DNA from: Magnetococcales bacterium | GTDB lineage: Bacteria > Pseudomonadota > Magnetococcia > Magnetococcales > UBA8363 | Reading direction: 5' to 3' | Length of the DNA stretch: 64,000 nucleotides | Assembly (NCBI GenBank): GCA_002753515.1 | Contig: PEAK01000009.1 | Coordinates: 19,350 to 83,349 of the forward strand | Shown: positions 58,615 through 64,000 of the stretch, piece after piece | Numbering within the stretch: position 1 is the stretch's first letter | Layout: every line of letters starts with the position of its first letter | Made by a program: the position numbers and the translations under genes | Notes under the pieces: model-generated | What the model was told of the DNA's origin: nothing | The model's input: the letters and a program-made list of their open reading frames with translations, nothing else | The model's database searches: none

Positions 58615-59808
58615 TTAGGCTCCTTTATTCTCGGTTTCACCTTTGGCGGCGTGGGCCTTCTTGTTCCCTGGCTTTCTTTCACTGGCCGGTACCGGGCCAA
58701 GAGTCTTTTCTGCATGCGCCTTCAGTGCTTCCAGATCATGCCGCATGTTCTCCAGCTCACCACTCCTGGCGCGAAGTTCTTTCAGCTCATCGTCCATCTC
58801 GCGCATCTGACGCTTCAAAACCTGAATTTTTTTGTAGGCCGAATCCACTTCCCGACGGTTGGGAATATTGGCCGCTTCCAGCATGTCGTCCATCAAGCCC
58901 TGGAAGGTTTTACGGAAATTCATCATATCCTTGACCATACGGGCGTTGGTCTCAAGATATTTCTCGCTGACCACCAGCTCAGCATGCGCTTCCTCCAGAC
59001 AGTCGATCCACAGAACAAAGGCATCGCGTAACGTCTCGATCTTTTTCTCACCCTTGCCCAGATCCAGCAACTTGGCATGGAGTTTTTCCAATGCCTTGAC
59101 CTTCATACCATTCTTCAGTTGCGAATATTCGGCGAAGGATTTTTGGAAATCCATGCCGTAAGACATGGCGCGTTGGATCACTTCCTGCTTTTCGCGACCG
59201 ATGCCCACCCCGGGAAAGGCAAGGATGGTTTGCAACAACGCCACCGGTCCGGCAGAAGCGGGAAGGGCGCTGTTCAGTTGGGAAAACAACGGATTGCCGG
59301 CCAGCACCTGGTTGAACATATCCAAAGACTGGTTCATCGGCCCGGTGGGATTGAAAAACGGAAAAGCGAACGGGTTATCCTGGGCACTTGCCATCAGGCT
59401 GCGAAACTGTTCAACGATCTTTTCCACGGCTGCAGGCCATTCCCCGGCCTTGGAAAGATCGCCTGCGGATTGCACCATGGTCATCATGGCCTGGGCCATC
59501 TGAGTGAAACCATTCATGGAGGCCATCATGTTTTTGATCAGCGTTTCCTGGGTTCCCGATGTTTGGAACGCGGCAAACGGATTGGTCATGGATGGCATGG
59601 CCCCCATGGCCTTGGTGAAAAAGTCCATCGGGTTACCGGGCATGCTGGGCATGGCCGTCTTCCACCAATTGAAGTCCATCGGCATGTTGGGCATGGCCGT
59701 CTTCCACCAGCCATTCTGGGCCATGTTGGATGACTCCTGCCAGAATTTTTGCTGAAGCTCTACCCAACTTCGCATCCAGTCCGTTGATGAAAACGGCGAA
59801 TTTTCCAT
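58615..59808 (-). CDS. phaE: Class III PHA synthase subunit PhaE
   Basis: PGVGIGRE..Q, LWIDCLEEA and IPNRREVD motifs; 3 bp from phaC. Confidence 0.88.
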   Translation of the reverse strand: MENSPFSSTDWMRSWVELQQKFWQESSNMAQNGWWKTAMPNMPMDFNWWKTAMPSMPGNPMDFFTKAMGAMPSMTNPFAAFQTSGTQETLIKNMMASMNGFTQMAQAMMTMVQSAGDLSKAGEWPAAVEKIVEQFRSLMASAQDNPFAFPFFNPTGPMNQSLDMFNQVLAGNPLFSQLNSALPASAGPVALLQTILAFPGVGIGREKQEVIQRAMSYGMDFQKSFAEYSQLKNGMKVKALEKLHAKLLDLGKGEKKIETLRDAFVLWIDCLEEAHAELVVSEKYLETNARMVKDMMNFRKTFQGLMDDMLEAANIPNRREVDSAYKKIQVLKRQMREMDDELKELRARSGELENMRHDLEALKAHAEKTLGPVPASERKPGNKKAHAAKGETENKGA

Positions 59809-60031
59809 GGTGTTCTCCTTAAAGAGCCTTTTTTAGGCACCTATCCTGATTGATTGATTTCGAAATATGATGACAAACAAAAACACCCGATTCCCTCTAA
59901 AGGGTCGGGTATGGTTTGGAAGGCGCGTCCCTGCGCCATGTACTCGGGTCATTCACCACCTTCTCCCCAAAGGGGAGGAGATGTCCCCGCAACCGGACCG
60001 GTTGCAACATCCCTATTCCGTTCCGGCTTGA

Positions 60032-60388
60032 CTACTTCACACCACCCTTGGCTTTCTCCATCAAATCCTTGATGTTTTGGTCGATCAAATTTTTCAACTC
60101 CGATTGACCACGGGTCAACACTTCCATGCTCTTCTGGGCATTGGAAAGGATCATCTTGCCCACCTCGGAAGCCAGCTCCGCCTGGTTGGTCACGGCATCC
60201 TGGACTGTCTTGATGCTGCCCATGTGCTTCATCTGCTCAGCGCCCGACTTGATGAAATTCTCGGCCGCTTCCAGCTGCTGCTTGGCCAGATCCTGAACGG
60301 TCCGGTCATTGATTTTTTGCAGTGTCGTGACGGTATCCATCATCTTTTGCGACAGTTCCGTCAACTGTTCGGCGATCTTCTTGTCCAT
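60032..60388 (-). CDS. phaP: Phasin
   Basis: Small helical protein rich in Gln, Lys and Ala, inside the pha cluster and preceded by a PhaR box. Confidence 0.8.
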   Translation of the reverse strand: MDKKIAEQLTELSQKMMDTVTTLQKINDRTVQDLAKQQLEAAENFIKSGAEQMKHMGSIKTVQDAVTNQAELASEVGKMILSNAQKSMEVLTRGQSELKNLIDQNIKDLMEKAKGGVK

Positions 60389-60416
60389 ATTCTCTCTCCC
60401 TTAGGGGCGGTCAGTT

Positions 60417-60447
60417 TGCTGCATTGCAACAATGTTGCGTTGCAGCA
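60417..60447. promoter_or_regulatory. PhaR operator upstream of the phasin gene
   Basis: Near-perfect palindrome TGCTGCATTGCAACAATGTTGCGTTGCAGCA containing two TGC-N3-GCA boxes. Confidence 0.75.
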
Positions 60448-60562
60448 TATTAGGCTTGGTCCACCAAGTCAACGTTTTTTTTCAATCCATACCAAAAAAA
60501 ACAAGTCACGAATCTTTCCAACCATTCACACGCCACACATGACAAAAAAATATCTAAAAAAA

Positions 60563-61024
60563 TCAATGCTCAGAAGGATCATCCCGCTTGGAACCGAGAA
60601 CGCTCGACGACCCGGGGAAAAAATTATTCCAAAATGACAGACTCCTGTCTGTCATCTGCGACATGAGGGCCACGGGATCTGCGGCCGCACGGATACGATT
60701 CTGCTGGTCGAGAAAAAAATCCATACTCTGCTGCAGATATTCCCCCAAAATACCCTGCGACTGCAACGAATCACCGTAAAATCGGATGATACTCTGCAAC
60801 AGATCGGTGGTTAAGACTGGCGCTCCCCCCTCCTCACGCTCGCTGATAATCTGCAAAAGTATGGCTCGGGTGATATCGGCCCCGGATTTATTGTCCACCA
60901 CCTTGAAAGGGGATCCGGCCAAAACCAGCCGCCGGATCCCTTCCAAGGTTACGTAGGTCGAGGATTCGGTGTCGTAAAGACGCCGATTGGGGTACTTTTT
61001 GATGATGCGAACGGATTCGGTCAT
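60563..61024 (-). CDS. phaR: PHA synthesis repressor PhaR
   Basis: IIKKYPNRRLYDTESSTYVTL and DITRAILLQII. Confidence 0.96.
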   Translation of the reverse strand: MTESVRIIKKYPNRRLYDTESSTYVTLEGIRRLVLAGSPFKVVDNKSGADITRAILLQIISEREEGGAPVLTTDLLQSIIRFYGDSLQSQGILGEYLQQSMDFFLDQQNRIRAAADPVALMSQMTDRSLSFWNNFFPGSSSVLGSKRDDPSEH

Positions 61025-61087
61025 GGTTTCGTCTGCTGATTCATGGACTGTTTGGTGACCGAATTGCGCCTCATTATTCCTCAGATG

Positions 61088-61834
61088 TCAATAGCCGGTG
61101 TATTGGGCACCATTGACGTCAATGTTGGTACCGTTGATGAAACCGGCATCATCATCGGCCAAAAAGGTGACCACGCGGGCAATTTCCTTGGGTTCGGCCA
61201 TGCGGCCGGCGGGAATCTGGGCCAAAATACCCTGCATGACCTTTTCAGGGATCGTCTTCATCATGGCCGTTGCCGTGTAACCGGGACATACCGTGTTGCT
61301 GGTCACATTCTTCTTGGCCCCTTCCAAGGCCACGGACATGGAGAACCCGGCCATGCCAGATTTGGTCGCGGCATAGTTGGCCTGACCAAACATACCCCGG
61401 CGGCCATTCATGGAGGAGATGTGAATGATACGGCCAAAACCACGATCCACCATGCCGGAGAACACCTGCTTGGTCATGTTGAAAACGCTGTTCAGGTTGA
61501 CACTGATGACCTGATTCCAGGCAGCCACTTCCATCTTCTTGAGGGAAGCGTCCTTGGTGATACCGGCGCAGTTAACCAAAATATCAACCGGGCCGAGCTT
61601 GGCTTCAACTTCCTTGACCGCATTGGCACAGGAATCAAAGTTGGACACGTCGCATTCCACCAAAAAACAATCAACCCCCTCCTTCTTCAAACCGGCGGTC
61701 CAGGCGGGAACATTGTCTTTCTCAAACGCCGCATACGTTGACGCAACAGTTTTTCCTGCCTTGGCAAGATCGCGAATGATGTCGGTGCCGATACCGCCCA
61801 TGCCACCCGTGACCAATGCAACTCTCTTCGTCAT
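61088..61834 (-). CDS. phaB: Acetoacetyl-CoA reductase
   Basis: VTGGMGGIG, AGITKD and GQANYAATK; position in the pha cluster. Confidence 0.93.
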   Translation of the reverse strand: MTKRVALVTGGMGGIGTDIIRDLAKAGKTVASTYAAFEKDNVPAWTAGLKKEGVDCFLVECDVSNFDSCANAVKEVEAKLGPVDILVNCAGITKDASLKKMEVAAWNQVISVNLNSVFNMTKQVFSGMVDRGFGRIIHISSMNGRRGMFGQANYAATKSGMAGFSMSVALEGAKKNVTSNTVCPGYTATAMMKTIPEKVMQGILAQIPAGRMAEPKEIARVVTFLADDDAGFINGTNIDVNGAQYTGY

Positions 61835-61871
61835 TGCTCTCTCCTCCTGAAAAAAAACATGAATTTTTAGT

Positions 61872-62021
61872 TAAACCGCAGCTATTTTGGGATGCGTAGT
61901 TTTTGTCATCCCCGCGAAAGCGGGGATCCAGGAGATCTTACTATCTCCCATGACTTTCTGGATTCCCGCATTCGCGGGAATGACGCTGGAAAATTACGTA
62001 TCCCGAGTTGGTTTCGGTATA
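61872..62021. repeat. 150-bp REP/REPIN- or MITE-like element, copy 2 (opposite orientation), between phaA and phaB
   Basis: Its reverse complement aligns end to end with 10233-10382; most differences are in the central spacer. Confidence 0.9.
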
Positions 62022-62041
62022 GTATCCATCCGTTGATCAGA

Positions 62042-63223
62042 TTAGTCTCTTTCCACCGCAATGGCTATACCTTGACCACCGCCGATGCACAAGGTCGCCA
62101 AGCCTTTTTTGGCGTTGCGACGTTGCATTTCATACAACAGCGTGACCAACACCCGGCAACCCGAAGCCCCAACCGGATGACCCAGGGCAATGGCGCCACC
62201 ATTGACGTTCACCTTGCTCAAATCCCAACCCATGTCGTTGTTGACCTTGATGGCCTGAGCGGCAAAGGCTTCATTGGCTTCGATCAGATCCAGATCGGCA
62301 ACCTTCCAACCCGCTTTTTGCAGGCACAGACGGCTGGCGGGAATGGGACCGGTACCCATGATGGCGGGATCAACACCGGCACTGGCATAGGCCACGATAC
62401 GGGCCAAGGGTTTGATACCCAATTCTTTGGCTTTGTCCTTGGACATCAAAACCACGGCAGCGGCACCATCGTTGATGCCAGAGGCGTTGCCGGCGGAAAC
62501 CGAACCACCCTTTTTGAAGGCGGCAGGGATCTTGGCGATGGCTTCGATCGTCGCGCCCTTGCGCACAAATTCGTCGGTGTCAAAAACCAGAGGCGGTTTT
62601 TTTCCCTGGGGAACCTCGATGGGAATGATTTCATCCTTGAAAGTCCCAGCCTTTTGGGCCGCTTCCGCTTTATTCTGCGAACTTACGGCAAACTTGTCCT
62701 GCTCATCCTTGGAAATCTTGAACCGCTCAGCAATATTTTCTGCGGTGACGCCCATGTGATATTCGTTGAACACGTCGGTCAGACCATCATAAATCAAGCT
62801 GTCTTCCATCCGCCCGGGTCCCATGCGGGTTCCGGTACGGCCATCCAGGATCAGATGCGGCGCCAAGGTCATATTCTCCTGACCACCTGCAACGATGATG
62901 TCCGCATCGCCCAATTTAATCGCCATGGTGGCCAAATGCACCGATTTCATGCCGCTGCCACACAGCTTGTCAACCGTCATGGCGGGGGTGGTATCAGGGA
63001 TCCCGGCTCCCATGGAGGCTTGGCGGGCGGGATTTTGCCGGGCACCGGCAGTCAAAATCTGACCCATGATCACTTCTTGAACCTGTTCCGGCTTGATTCC
63101 GGCACGTTGTATGACTCCCGCAATCACCTTGGAACCGAGAACCGTGGCTGGAATCTTGGAAAGGGTACCCAAAAAATTGCCCACTGCGGTACGCCCTGCG
63201 GCGACAATGACGACTTCTTTCAT
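62042..63223 (-). CDS. phaA: Acetyl-CoA acetyltransferase (beta-ketothiolase)
   Basis: [21 protein letters not shown] and CIGGGQG. Confidence 0.96.
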   Translation of the reverse strand: MKEVVIVAAGRTAVGNFLGTLSKIPATVLGSKVIAGVIQRAGIKPEQVQEVIMGQILTAGARQNPARQASMGAGIPDTTPAMTVDKLCGSGMKSVHLATMAIKLGDADIIVAGGQENMTLAPHLILDGRTGTRMGPGRMEDSLIYDGLTDVFNEYHMGVTAENIAERFKISKDEQDKFAVSSQNKAEAAQKAGTFKDEIIPIEVPQGKKPPLVFDTDEFVRKGATIEAIAKIPAAFKKGGSVSAGNASGINDGAAAVVLMSKDKAKELGIKPLARIVAYASAGVDPAIMGTGPIPASRLCLQKAGWKVADLDLIEANEAFAAQAIKVNNDMGWDLSKVNVNGGAIALGHPVGASGCRVLVTLLYEMQRRNAKKGLATLCIGGGQGIAIAVERD

Positions 63224-63517
63224 CTAAATCCTCCTGAAAAAGTAAGTTCAAATCGGTCTGGCACAAAGATAACGCCGGATACCCTCGCCTTAACGAATTG
63301 TGGCGATTGTGTCCCAGAACGTGACTTCTGCAACCAAAAATGTGGTGACCCCGATTTGTTACCATGTTTGCGGAAATTTGGAAAGGAAAACCTTAAAATC
63401 AACAAAAATAAATTGGCCAATAAAGTGGTATAATACGTCGATTCTTGATATTGATCGGAGCCGCAATGCCGGTAGGCGATCAGAATAAAAACAAATATAT
63501 ATTGTATTACATGTGAC

Positions 63518-63554
63518 AAAAAAAGACGGAGGGCCCATTCACTGCCCTCCGTCT
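63518..63554 (-). terminator. Rho-independent terminator after the RTX gene
   Basis: 11-bp AGACGGAGGGC/GCCCTCCGTCT stem plus A7 on the plus strand. Confidence 0.85.
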
Positions 63555-63579
63555 GTTGAACTACGTCAACTGCGATTTC

Positions 63580-64000
63580 TTACCAGCCAATCAGTTCCAT
63601 GTTATCAAACTGGATGTGCGTTCCATCTTCCAACGTAATGGTCCCAGAAGCATTGACTTCATCAAACCGGATCTGGTGATGCTCCATATCAACGGTGTAA
63701 TTAAACTCGGTCTCGAGCGTCCAGTTGCCACCGGGATTGGCGGGAGTGGCCGGACCACCATTGACATCCTGTAACCGAATTTCATCCTCCCAACCCGCAC
63801 CCTCACCCCCATCTATTTTTTCTTCACCACCACCATGTTTGCCGACGGTGAACAAATCGTTCCCTTCGCCGCCATTGAGCTGATCATTCCCCGCACTTCC
63901 AGCATAGAGGATATCGTCCCCGGCACCACCAGAGATCACATCATCCCCGGCACCGCCTTGCAACACATCACTACCCTCCGTACCTGTCGTGTGTTGATCC
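63580..64000 (-). CDS. C-terminus of an RTX / hemolysin-type calcium-binding protein (partial)
   Basis: GGAGDD twice, GGEGND, and a T1SS-like C-terminus TITLEDG..F.NME.I.W. Most of the gene likely lies beyond the window end. Confidence 0.85.
   Translation of the reverse strand, partial: DQHTTGTEGSDVLQGGAGDDVISGGAGDDILYAGSAGNDQLNGGEGNDLFTVGKHGGGEEKIDGGEGAGWEDEIRLQDVNGGPATPANPGGNWTLETEFNYTVDMEHHQIRFDEVNASGTITLEDGTHIQFDNMELIGW

Noticed and set aside
63259-63275. TGGCAC near phaA as a sigma54 promoter
   Set aside because: It is on the wrong strand for phaA and has no -12 TTGC-like element.

Overview
This is a gene-dense, mostly minus-strand bacterial chromosomal window with roughly 52 CDSs. I saw no rRNA, tRNA, CRISPR array or transposase. 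The gene content (sulfur-globule-like proteins, class III PHA genes, an MshL secretin and a giant cadherin-repeat protein) fits a sulfur-storing proteobacterium, possibly Magnetococcales. That assignment is inference only, and no magnetosome genes are present. From left to right the window holds: partial phoU; an M50-peptidase/HlyD plus GAF/HlyD adaptor pair; apgM, mdh, the N-terminal half of cysG, metF and yajD; an orphan CI/LexA-like repressor; a 3121-aa membrane-anchored FecR-cadherin protein next to an MshL secretin with a C-terminal SPOR domain; aat, polA, cheW and an MCP; a 10-kb co-directional cluster of SCP2, RND adaptor, RND pump, four secreted proteins and two SgpA/B-like sulfur globule proteins; ampG; a probable sigma54-driven sulfur-respiration operon (PsrABC/Sre-like molybdoenzyme, TorD-like and HybE-like chaperones, ankyrin protein, octaheme OTR-type cytochrome, and a cytochrome b fused to a receiver domain); cysC, rnhA and a UDP-sugar epimerase; phaA-phaB-phaR-phaP-phaE-phaC; and the C-terminus of an RTX protein. 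A 150-bp REP/MITE-like element occurs twice. The best candidate for an undescribed system is the SCP2-RND-sulfur globule protein cluster (29404-39503), which may be a hydrophobic-cargo relay for building sulfur globules. All family calls come from recognising motifs by eye; no database searches were run.
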